A model generated the notes under the pieces. The model did no database searches. It saw only the letters and a list, made by a program, of their open reading frames with translations, and was not told where the DNA came from. A stretch of DNA of 32,000 nt, taken from assembly GCA_963706725.1 (NCBI GenBank), contig OY970167.1, positions 1,269,965 through 1,301,964 of the forward strand, given 5' to 3'. The translations under genes were made by a program, and so were the position numbers. Origin of the DNA: an uncultured Actinomycetota bacterium (GTDB lineage: Bacteria; Actinomycetota; Thermoleophilia; Solirubrobacterales; Solirubrobacteraceae). This document shows positions 16,751 to 24,740 of this stretch, one piece after another (the first letter of the stretch is position 1; every line of letters starts with the position of its first letter).

Positions 16751-17526
16751 ACGTCGCGGCGCAGCTACCCACCGCTCCCGGGCCGCTGCTGTTCGCGCGA
16801 TACGCATACCCGCCTAACGCGCTGGGACTGTGCGGAGCTGACGGCCCGCGCGAGCTGCTCGAATACGGGGATGCGCACGTGTCCGATCTCGGCCTGGCAG
16901 AGGTCGCGCGGACGTTTGACGGCGCATGGCCTTACCTCGAGCTGATCGCCGGCGCCAACGGCATCGGCGATCCACTCGACGCACGCGTGGTCGAGGCCTA
17001 TTGGGTCGGCAACGAGCTGCTCGGAAGCGTGAGCCCGAGCGACCTCGCACGCAATATCGCGGACAGGTTCAGCGGACGGATCGGGCGCGCCCGGGAGCAC
17101 ATCGACGACACGATCGCCGCCGGCGCCGTTCCTCACCACTGCTTCCACGTCTTCGCCGTGTACCCGTGGCTGGGACTGCTGCGTACCGGCGTGGTCGATC
17201 AGCCGCTGCACATCCTCGACCAATGCCGGATCACTCCCGCGGTGGTGGATTCAGTTGGGCCGCACGACACACTGACGGTCCTCGCCCGACCGCTCGGCTG
17301 GGCCGGCGGGCGGCTGTTCCTCGGAGAGCCGGCAGCGCGCGCGGTCCGCTGGCAGACCGACGGCCTCGCCTTCGTCACTGAGCCCCAACCGGGGGACCGT
17401 GTCTCATTGCACTGGGACTTCGTCTGCGACCGCCTCTCGCCGCGCTCGGCGAGAAGCCTCCTGGCCGCAAACGAACGCGCGATCCGGGCCGTCAACGTCG
17501 CGGGCGCGGCGGCGGGTCTCGCGTAG
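16747..17526 (+). CDS. Conserved hypothetical protein with a C-terminal HypC-like domain (possibly the actinobacterial hydrogenase-cluster-associated DUF family; not verifiable here)
   Basis: It is 259 aa with codon usage like its neighbours. The C-terminal segment QCRITPAVVDSVGPHDTLTV...PGDRVSLHWDFVCDRLSPRSARSL parallels HypC (MCxGxPGxVV...GDxVLVHxGFA...A). It is the last gene of the coupled operon. Confidence 0.6.
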   Translation: MNVAAQLPTAPGPLLFARYAYPPNALGLCGADGPRELLEYGDAHVSDLGLAEVARTFDGAWPYLELIAGANGIGDPLDARVVEAYWVGNELLGSVSPSDLARNIADRFSGRIGRAREHIDDTIAAGAVPHHCFHVFAVYPWLGLLRTGVVDQPLHILDQCRITPAVVDSVGPHDTLTVLARPLGWAGGRLFLGEPAARAVRWQTDGLAFVTEPQPGDRVSLHWDFVCDRLSPRSARSLLAANERAIRAVNVAGAAAGLA

Positions 17527-17534
17527 GCCGAGCT

Positions 17535-19105
17535 TCAGCGTGGTCGCGCTGAGACAAGGCTGTGATCGTAGTCCGCGGCCCTGAGCTGCGGAAGCAGCCG
17601 GCGCTGTTTTCGGTGGTGGCGCTCCATCCGCCGCAGGATGTCGTCGAGCACGCGGATCGCTTCAAGGATCTGCGGGCCCTTGTTCAGCATCACGCACTCC
17701 GCGCCGCCTGCCATCGCAGCGTCTGTTATCTCCGCGCGTGTCGGTCGTCCAGTCTTGGCGAGTTGGTCGAGGACCTGCGTGGCCCAGATGACCGGCACGT
17801 GCGCCGCCTGACACAGCCAGAGGATCTCCTCCTGGACCTCCGCAAGCCGCTCGTAGCCGCATTCGATCGCAAGGTCTCCACGCGCGATCATCACACCCGA
17901 TGGCCGACCGCTGCCGAGGGCCGCCAGCAGCATGGCCGGCAGATGCTCGAACGCCCGCTGCGTCTCGACTTTCAGGATCATTCCCACACCTGCTCGCGAG
18001 TGCTCGTCCAGATACTCGCCGACGCGTTTCACGTCCCCGGCGTGACTGATGAACGACAACTCCACGACATCTGCGTAGTCGGTGGCGAAGCGCAGGGCAT
18101 CCTGGCTGTGAGTACCGAGCAGATCGATGTCGAGTGCCGCATCAGGCAAATTGATGCCCTTGTCCGGACGGAGCTTCGAGCCGTTGTGGCCGGCCGCGGT
18201 GATCCGCAGCTCGATCGTGTCGGTGCTGACGGCGTCAACGATCCCGCCGAGCTTGCCGTCGTCGAACCAGACATGGTGACCTGGCATCGTCCCGATGAAC
18301 GCCTCGTCGAGCGAGCAGATCACCCGAGGCGGCTCACCTTCACTCGTTGTGGCCTTCCCGCCCGTCCCGGCACGTGTGAGCAGCAGCGAGTCCCCAACGC
18401 GCAGCCGCAGGTAGAAGCCCTTGGCGTCCCTTGTCGTCTGTGCGGACAGCAATCCGGTACGCAGCTTTGGACCGGGCAGATCGACGAAGATCCGCGCGTG
18501 CTTACCTGTTCGCTGCTCCACCTCCCGTAGGTGTTCGCACATCGCGCCCAGTGCTCGCGTTCGTCGTGAGCGCAGTTGATGCGCACGCAGTCCATTCCGG
18601 CATCGAGCAGCTCACGCACCAGGCTCGCGTCGGTCGCGGCCTCCGAGGGCATCGTCACCATGATCCGCGTCGGTCGTTTGCGTCGTGCCGAGCCAAACAG
18701 GGCGACGGCACGCTGCTCGAGGAGTTGCCTACTCCCGGCAAAACCAATCGGCGCCGGCTCGGCGAACGAGTGCGGGGAGTGCTCGGTGAGCGCCAGCAGT
18801 GCGCCGAGGACGGCGTCGACGCTCGCCTGCACGTGGCCCTCATTGCCTCCCAGCGACGAGAGGCCCAGCTCTATCAGGGTGTATTGGGCGTCGCGCAGGT
18901 CGTGTCGACGGAGTGCCAGGTACTGCAGCAGGTTGCGGGCGCTCGCGTCGGTGTCCGATTGGCACTCGGAAGTCCACGGCGTCCAGCGCTCTGCCACCTC
19001 CAGCAACTCGGAGCGGATCTCCGACAGCTGATCAACCAGCCCCGCTGCTTGCTCGACCATGTAGTAACGATGTCCCAACCGCGTCTGTTCAGCATCGTGC
19101 TTCAT
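17535..19105 (-). pseudogene. Pyruvate-kinase-family protein with a ~140-aa N-terminal helical extension, interrupted by a 1-nt frameshift near 18543-18546
   Basis: The upstream frame reads MKHDAEQ...NLLQYLALRRHDLRDAQYTLIELGLSSLGGNEGHV...RPTRIMVTMPSEAATDASLVRELLDAGMDCVRINCAHDEREHWA. The downstream frame reads (A)MCEHLREVEQRTGKHARIFVDLPGPKLRTG...MILKVETQRAFEHL...MIARGDLAIECG...TQVLDQL...PTRAEITDAAMA. The catalytic PK motifs are intact on both sides of the shift. Confidence 0.8.
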
Positions 19106-19383
19106 CCGAATCCTGGTCCCGGCCAACTACCGAGTGGGATCTCTTCGGGCACGATCCTTCCGTGTCTGTGAGTGACCTGGTTAGGGACTTGATCCGCCCG
19201 TTACATCGGTAGGGTGAGATGTGCTTGCCGACGGACGCGGGCGCCGCCAGCGGAGCTCCACTACGGCTGACTGACGGCGCGAGATGGCCACATCGAAAGG
19301 GAGCAGCTTTGACCGACAGCAGTCCAGCACCCCGGCGCGCCCGATCTCCCCGGCAGTGCCTTCAGCATGATTGAGGCGAGCGC

Positions 19384-20647
19384 GTGATGCCCGACGCTCG
19401 GCTGCACCTGTCCTCGGTCGCCGGTAGCCCGCTGCTCGACTCGGCGGGTGAGCGGCTCGGGCGGGTCGAGGATCTGATCGTCCATCTCGGTAGCGATCAC
19501 GAGTTGCCGCCGGTTACCGGTGCCGAGGTACGGATCGGTGGCCGGGAGATGTTCGTTCCGATCAGCAGCATTCGGCAGCTCGAGCCCGACACTGTCCAAA
19601 CGACGACGACGAAGCTGGACCTGGCACAGTTTGAGCGCCGACCGGGAGAGGTTCTGCTGCGGGCGGACGTCCTCGGGCGGAGTTTGATCAACCACGCGAC
19701 TGCCCGGCTGGTCAAGGCCCGCGAGGTTGAGCTGGTGAATGATGGCGATACGTGGCGCGTTGCAGGGATCCATACCAGCCGTGGACCTGGGATCAGGCGG
19801 TTGTTGCCCCGCTACTTCCGTGGCCACGAGCACGATCATGCGGAGTTCGTGCCGTGGCCGGAGGTGGAGTTGCTCGTCGGGCACGTCCCTACGTCCCGGC
19901 TGCGGCTTGGGTCCCGTCGCCTCAGGCGCCTGCACCCGGCGCAGATCGCCGATCTCGTGGAGGCCGCGTCACACGCTGAGGGGGCGGAGATTCTCGAGGC
20001 GGTCGGGCGCGATAAGGAGCTCGAGGCGGATGTTTTCGAAGAGCTCGACGATGAGCACCAAGTCGAGTTCCTGAAGGAGCGCTCCGACGCGGAGATCGCG
20101 GACGTCCTCGCTCGTATGGCCAGCGACGACGCAGCCGACCTGCTTCTTGAGATCGAGCAGGACCGCCGTGTTCCCGTGCTTCAGCTGCTGCCGGCCGCCA
20201 AGCAGCTGAAGATCAAACGCCTGCTTGGCTACAACCCGTCCACCGCGGGCGGGCTGATGAACCCCGACTTCAGGTCCGTGCCGGCCACCGCCACCGTCGA
20301 GCAGGCCCTCGCGCTCGTGCGTGACAGCGGACTCGCCCCGGGCCAACTGCTGGCGCTATGGGTCCTCGACACGCAAGAGCAGCTTGTCGGGTGTGTCCTC
20401 GCCTCCGAGCTCGATTCGCGCCCAGCCGGGCGCGATCATCACCACGCTCATCGAGACTCGAATCCCGACTGTCTCTCCGGAAACGGAGCTTCCCGAGGTC
20501 GCTCGCCTCATGGCCGATTTCGACCTGCTCGCGATCCCGGTCGTTGACAGCGGGGAGAAGCCGATCGGCGTCGTCGCGTTCGACGACGTAATGGAACTCC
20601 TCCTCCCGGACGAATGGCGTCGACGTGGTGGAGACGCACGCGGATGA
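19384..20647 (+). pseudogene. Soluble PRC-barrel + MgtE N-terminal domain + CBS-pair protein (MgtE cytoplasmic sensor module without a membrane domain), with a frameshift near 20410-20416
   Basis: The MgtE_N pattern is HPAQIADLVEAASHAEGAEILEAV...DDAADLLLEIEQDRRVPVLQLLP...LLGYNPSTAGGLMNPDF. The first CBS domain ends ...LVGCVLASEL. The sequence continues in the +1 frame as IRAQPGAIITTLIETRIPTVSPETELPEVARLMADFDLLAIPVVDSGEKPIGVVAFDDVMELL. No TM segment is present. Confidence 0.8.
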
Positions 20648-20677
20648 CCGGTTCTGACACGGACGGCACGGGCGCTG

Positions 20678-22348
20678 ATGGCGCCCGAAGATAGCCCCGC
20701 CGCACCTGAGGCCGCGGGCTCCGACCCGACCTCGCGAGTGCGCGAGCGCTTCGTGCTCGACGCCGCTCACGTAGGTGACATCGAGGGCGCGTTCGGCACC
20801 ATCAGCCAGCATGAGGGCCGTCGCCGCGGGCTACACGCACGGGCGCTGGCACTGCTCGCGATCATGGGCCCAGGACTCATCGTGATGGTGGGCGACAACG
20901 ACGCAGGCGGGGTCGCGACTTACTCCCAGGCGGGCCAGAACTACGGCACGAGCCTCCTCTGGGTGCTGCTGCTGCTGATCCCCGTGCTGATCGTCAACCA
21001 GGAGATGGTCGTCCGACTTGGTGCCGTCACCGGCGTCGGTCACGCCCGGCTGATCAATGAGCGCTTCGGCAAGTTCTGGGGGTGGTTCTCCGTCGGCGAC
21101 CTGTTCCTATTGAACTTCCTCACCATCGTCACCGAGTTCATCGGGGTCAGCCTTGCGCTCAGCTACCTCGGAGTCTCGAAGTTCGTCGCCGTTCCGCTCG
21201 CTGCAGCAGGACTCGTCGCGATCACGGTCACCGGCAGCTTCCGCTCATGGGAGCGGTCGATGTTCATATTCGTCTTCGCCAACCTCTTCGTGATTCCGCT
21301 CTTCTTCATGGCTCATCCCAACGGGTCTGACATCGCCCACAACTTCTTCGTCCCAGGCATTCAGGGGGGCGCGAACTCCAGCTCGGTGCTGCTGATCATC
21401 GCGATCGTTGGCACGACGGTCGCTCCGTGGCAGCTGTTCTTCCAGCAGTCCAACATCATCGACAAGCGCATCACACCGCGCTGGATCAACTACGAGCGCC
21501 TCGACACGTGGATCGGTGCCGTCGTCGTGGTCCTAGGCGCCGCTGCGCTCATCTGCATCTCGGCCTTCGCGTTCCACGGCACCCCGGCCGCCGGTCACTT
21601 CAGTGACGCCGGCGCGACCGCCACCGGCCTCGAGCGCCACCTCGGTTCACCCGCCGGTGCCCTGTTCGCGATCGTGCTGCTCAACGCCTCTCTGATCGGC
21701 GCCGGCGCGCTGACGCTCTCTACCAGCTACGCCGTCGGTGACGTATTCGGCAGCCACAGCTCACTGCATCGCAGGTTCGCCGACGCCAAGCAGTTCTACG
21801 GAATATTCGCCGCGATGATCGCCGCGGCTGGCGGCATCGTCCTCATACCCGGCGCACCACTAGGCGTGATCACCGAATCGGTTCAAGCCCTCGCCGGGGT
21901 CCTGCTACCGAGCGCCAGCGTGTTCCTCCTGCTGCTCTGCAACGACCCTGAAATCCTCGGGCCATGGCGTAACCCAGGCTGGTTGAACATTCTCGCCAGC
22001 GTAATCGTCGCGATCCTCGTACTGCTCTCGCTGGTCCTGATGGCGACCACCGTCTTCCCCAACATCGACGTCACGGCGGTCGCCCTGATCGGCGGCGCGC
22101 TACTGGCCGTTGGGCTCCTCGCATTCGGGCTCCTCACCCTTCGCTCACAACGCGGCGCCATCGCAGCGCCCGTGCCCGCGACCTCGACTCGGATCCCAAA
22201 AGAGCAATGGACGATGCCCCCGCTGGCCCTGCTCGCGCGGCCGCAGTGGTCCACCGGACGCAAGATCGCGATGCTCACACTTCGCGGCTATCTCATCATC
22301 GCGATCATCCTCCTGCTGATCAAGGCCATACAACTCGGTGGCGGATAA
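20678..22348 (+). CDS. NRAMP/SLC11-family transporter with NRMT-like (Mg2+-type) binding-site substitutions and an extra C-terminal TM tail
   Basis: The TM1 motif is MGPGLIVMVGDNDAGGVATYSQAG, with DAGG in place of the canonical DPGN. The TM6 motif is IVGTTVAPWQLFFQQS, with T..A in place of A..M and W in place of H. The protein is 556 aa and strongly hydrophobic throughout. Confidence 0.85.
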   Translation: MAPEDSPAAPEAAGSDPTSRVRERFVLDAAHVGDIEGAFGTISQHEGRRRGLHARALALLAIMGPGLIVMVGDNDAGGVATYSQAGQNYGTSLLWVLLLLIPVLIVNQEMVVRLGAVTGVGHARLINERFGKFWGWFSVGDLFLLNFLTIVTEFIGVSLALSYLGVSKFVAVPLAAAGLVAITVTGSFRSWERSMFIFVFANLFVIPLFFMAHPNGSDIAHNFFVPGIQGGANSSSVLLIIAIVGTTVAPWQLFFQQSNIIDKRITPRWINYERLDTWIGAVVVVLGAAALICISAFAFHGTPAAGHFSDAGATATGLERHLGSPAGALFAIVLLNASLIGAGALTLSTSYAVGDVFGSHSSLHRRFADAKQFYGIFAAMIAAAGGIVLIPGAPLGVITESVQALAGVLLPSASVFLLLLCNDPEILGPWRNPGWLNILASVIVAILVLLSLVLMATTVFPNIDVTAVALIGGALLAVGLLAFGLLTLRSQRGAIAAPVPATSTRIPKEQWTMPPLALLARPQWSTGRKIAMLTLRGYLIIAIILLLIKAIQLGGG

Positions 22349-22488
22349 CCCAGTCAGGAAGTGCACAGCCGACGACCGACCGGGCAGACACGGACGGGTG
22401 CTTCCGCCCGGTCTGGCATGCTTCGCGATGCGTGGCAGCGGGTTCGCGGGCGCGCGGGCGCGACGCGGGATCTGGGAGACTGGGTCCC

Positions 22489-23133
22489 ATGTCGCAGCAA
22501 GGCCCGCCTCGCATCGCAGTCATGACCGGGGAGGCGGGTGACGACGATTCGCTTCCGGACCGCGCTCGATTGCGTCGTCGCGGTTTTGCGCTCGAGGGCG
22601 CGACGCTCGCTTGGAATGTCGTCGGTGTTGTCGTCCTGGCGCTCGCGGCGATCGCCGCCCGCTCGGTGGCACTCGCCGGCTTTGGGCTCGACTCGTTGAT
22701 TGAAATCGGCGCATCGACCGTAGTGATTTGGGAACTCGCCGGTACCAACGAGGACCGCCAGGAGCGTGCGATGCGATGGATCGGAGGCGCGTTCGCCGTG
22801 CTGGCCGTGTACCTCACGGTCCAGTCGACCTGGGTGCTGATCGCCGGCTATCACGCCCATTCGAGCCTCGCCGGGATGGTCTGGACGGGGATCACGGCTG
22901 TGGTCATGTTCGCCCTGGCTTATGGCAAGGGTGTGACCGGCCGCGCGCTGGGCAACCCGGTGCTGGAGACTGAGGCGCGGGTGACTGTTGTGGACGGGAT
23001 CCTCGCGGTGGCTGTGCTGGTCGGGCTGGCCTTGAACGCCATCGCGGGGTGGTGGTGGGCCGATCCGGCTGCCGCCTTCGTACTCGTGTTCTACGCGGTC
23101 CGTGAAGCTCGCGAGACGTTGCTCAAGTCCTGA
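22489..23133 (+). CDS. Short cation-efflux (CDF-like) membrane protein without a cytoplasmic C-terminal domain
   Basis: The sequence RRGFALEGATLAWNVVGVVVLALAAIAARSVALAGFGLDSLIEIGAS..., with six hydrophobic segments, is typical of TM-only CDF-like proteins. The ATG at 22489 was chosen because the longer ORF start at 22207 overlaps the NRAMP gene. Confidence 0.7.
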   Translation: MSQQGPPRIAVMTGEAGDDDSLPDRARLRRRGFALEGATLAWNVVGVVVLALAAIAARSVALAGFGLDSLIEIGASTVVIWELAGTNEDRQERAMRWIGGAFAVLAVYLTVQSTWVLIAGYHAHSSLAGMVWTGITAVVMFALAYGKGVTGRALGNPVLETEARVTVVDGILAVAVLVGLALNAIAGWWWADPAAAFVLVFYAVREARETLLKS

Positions 23134-23244
23134 CTGGACGAGCAGCTGAGCGAAGCCGACGGCCAGGTTGGGCCCGCAGTTTTGCCCTCCTGCTCTGCGA
23201 GCGCGAGGCATGGCGGCGGTGGAAGCTCGCCAAACGTTGGTTTC

Positions 23245-23649
23245 TCAGAAGTCCGCGTAAGCCGCGGCAATATCCAGCGCGGACAGGATGCCGCTGGCGT
23301 AGCCGGTGGCGGCATCGATCACGATCAGATGCTCGGTTCCGTGTTCGAGCATTTCGCTCGCAGCCTCGTCAAGCGAGTCGGTGGAGAGCACCGTGGCGAC
23401 CTCCGTGGCGACTTCACCGGCGGTTTCGTCGCTGGCGTTCGCTGCGCCTCGCAGTATTGCTGCCATCGTGACGAACCCAAACGGGCGACGCGCCTGATCT
23501 GGATCGGCCACCGCCACGGCGTGCACGCGCTGATCTGACATAAGGCGCGCGACAACCTGAAGCGGGACTGATGGATCTGTGGTGAGGATGCCTGTGTGCA
23601 TCACCGAAGACACACGAATATGGCTGAGAAGTGGATCATGGATCGGCAT
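23245..23649 (-). CDS. Stand-alone CBS-pair protein (134 aa)
   Basis: It has two CBS motifs: VSSVMHTGILTTDPSVPLQVVARLMSDQRVHAVAVAD and EVATEVATVLSTDSLDEAASEMLEHGTEHLIVID. The ATG at 23649 has GGGAG 7 nt upstream. Confidence 0.8.
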   Translation of the reverse strand: MPIHDPLLSHIRVSSVMHTGILTTDPSVPLQVVARLMSDQRVHAVAVADPDQARRPFGFVTMAAILRGAANASDETAGEVATEVATVLSTDSLDEAASEMLEHGTEHLIVIDAATGYASGILSALDIAAAYADF

Positions 23650-23858
23650 CAGAGGCTCCCGTCTGAAGGACGCTTTTGACCTGTGCCGCAAAGCCTACGA
23701 TCGCGTCGGTGGCACCGAATCGGGCCGCAACCGCATTGCTGCTCAGTAGTTGTCGGCACCCTCAGGGCACCGGAGATCAGTTGCTCCGAGTGAGGCCCGC
23801 GGTGGCGACTCGGCGCGGTTCACACGACCTGCGTCGGCTCAGCATTAGCGGCGCTGGC

Positions 23859-24698
23859 TCAGACGCCCGCTGTCGCCGGTGCAGATGCGGTTGCTTCCTC
23901 CGTCGCGGACGGTAGCTCCGCTGGCGGCTCGGTCCCACCGAAGGTCATGTCGGAGACAACACGTGTGAGGTCAAATTCGCTTGCCGGACCGTTGGCGACG
24001 ATCCGTCCCAGGTACATGACCGCGATGCGATCTGCGACCTGAAAGACATCGTTCAGGTTGTGGGAGACCATCAGCACCGCGACACCGGTTGAGGAGAGGC
24101 GCTCGATCAACTCGAGCACCACGTGCGTTTGGGTGATCCCGAGCGCCGCCGTGGGCTCGTCCATGATCACGAGCTTGGCGTTGCCCCTCACGGCCCTGGC
24201 GACCGCGACCGACTGGCGCTGACCGCCAGACAGCGAACCAACGTGCTGACGCACCGAATTGATCGTCGTGACCGACAGATCGGCGAGCGTATTGTGCGCG
24301 AAGTTCTCCATTTTGTCCTCGTCGAGGATCCCGTGACGGAGCTCCTCATGGCCAAGGAACAGGTTCTGCACCACATCGAGGTTGTTGCAGAGCGATAGGT
24401 CCTGGTAGATCGTGGTGATGCCAAGCGCCTCAGCTTCGTGCGGGCTGCGCAGGTGAATCTCGCGCCCCTCCCACACGATCGTTCCTGAGTTCGGTTGCCA
24501 GAGGCCCGCGATGGTTTTGATCAGGACGGACTTGCCGGCGCCGTTATCCCCACAGAGCGCAGTTACCGTGCCGGGGTAGATATCGAGATCAACTCCGTGC
24601 AACACGCTGACGGCTCCGAACTTCTTGTGGAGATCCCGCAGCGAAAGCAGCGGAGCAACTTGCGCGTCACGGTCGTTGGTGAGCGTTGTGCCAGGCAT
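23859..24698 (-). CDS. ABC transporter ATP-binding protein (single NBD, sugar/CUT2-like), with no cognate permease or binding protein adjacent
   Basis: Motifs present: Walker A GDNGAGKS, Q-loop IYQDLSL, signature LSGGQRQSVAVARA, Walker B LVIMDEPTAAL and H-loop MVSHNL. The start is uncertain: the ATG at 24698 was chosen, and a TTG at 24740 is possible. Confidence 0.85.
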   Translation of the reverse strand: MPGTTLTNDRDAQVAPLLSLRDLHKKFGAVSVLHGVDLDIYPGTVTALCGDNGAGKSVLIKTIAGLWQPNSGTIVWEGREIHLRSPHEAEALGITTIYQDLSLCNNLDVVQNLFLGHEELRHGILDEDKMENFAHNTLADLSVTTINSVRQHVGSLSGGQRQSVAVARAVRGNAKLVIMDEPTAALGITQTHVVLELIERLSSTGVAVLMVSHNLNDVFQVADRIAVMYLGRIVANGPASEFDLTRVVSDMTFGGTEPPAELPSATEEATASAPATAGV

Positions 24699-24740
24699 AG
24701 GATCATCTCTCTTCACGGTCAGGTGGCCGTGTTTCGCCAA

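Noticed and set aside
19205-19275. An M-box (Mg2+) riboswitch upstream of the MgtE_N/CBS-NRAMP genes.
   Set aside because: GGTAGGGTGAG and GAGCTCCACTACGG loosely recall the conserved GUUAGGUGAGG and GCUCUACGA ends of the M-box. The region between them is only ~35 nt and lacks the other conserved helices and the GCUGCCC, AAGACGC and GGGUCAACAG elements. A covariance-model scan would be needed to revive this idea.
22349-22488. A riboswitch or attenuator in the 140-nt spacer before the CDF-like gene.
   Set aside because: It contains only a CCGGGC-n20-GCCCGG pairing and no recognisable riboswitch core. It is more simply the NRAMP 3' region plus a promoter and RBS.
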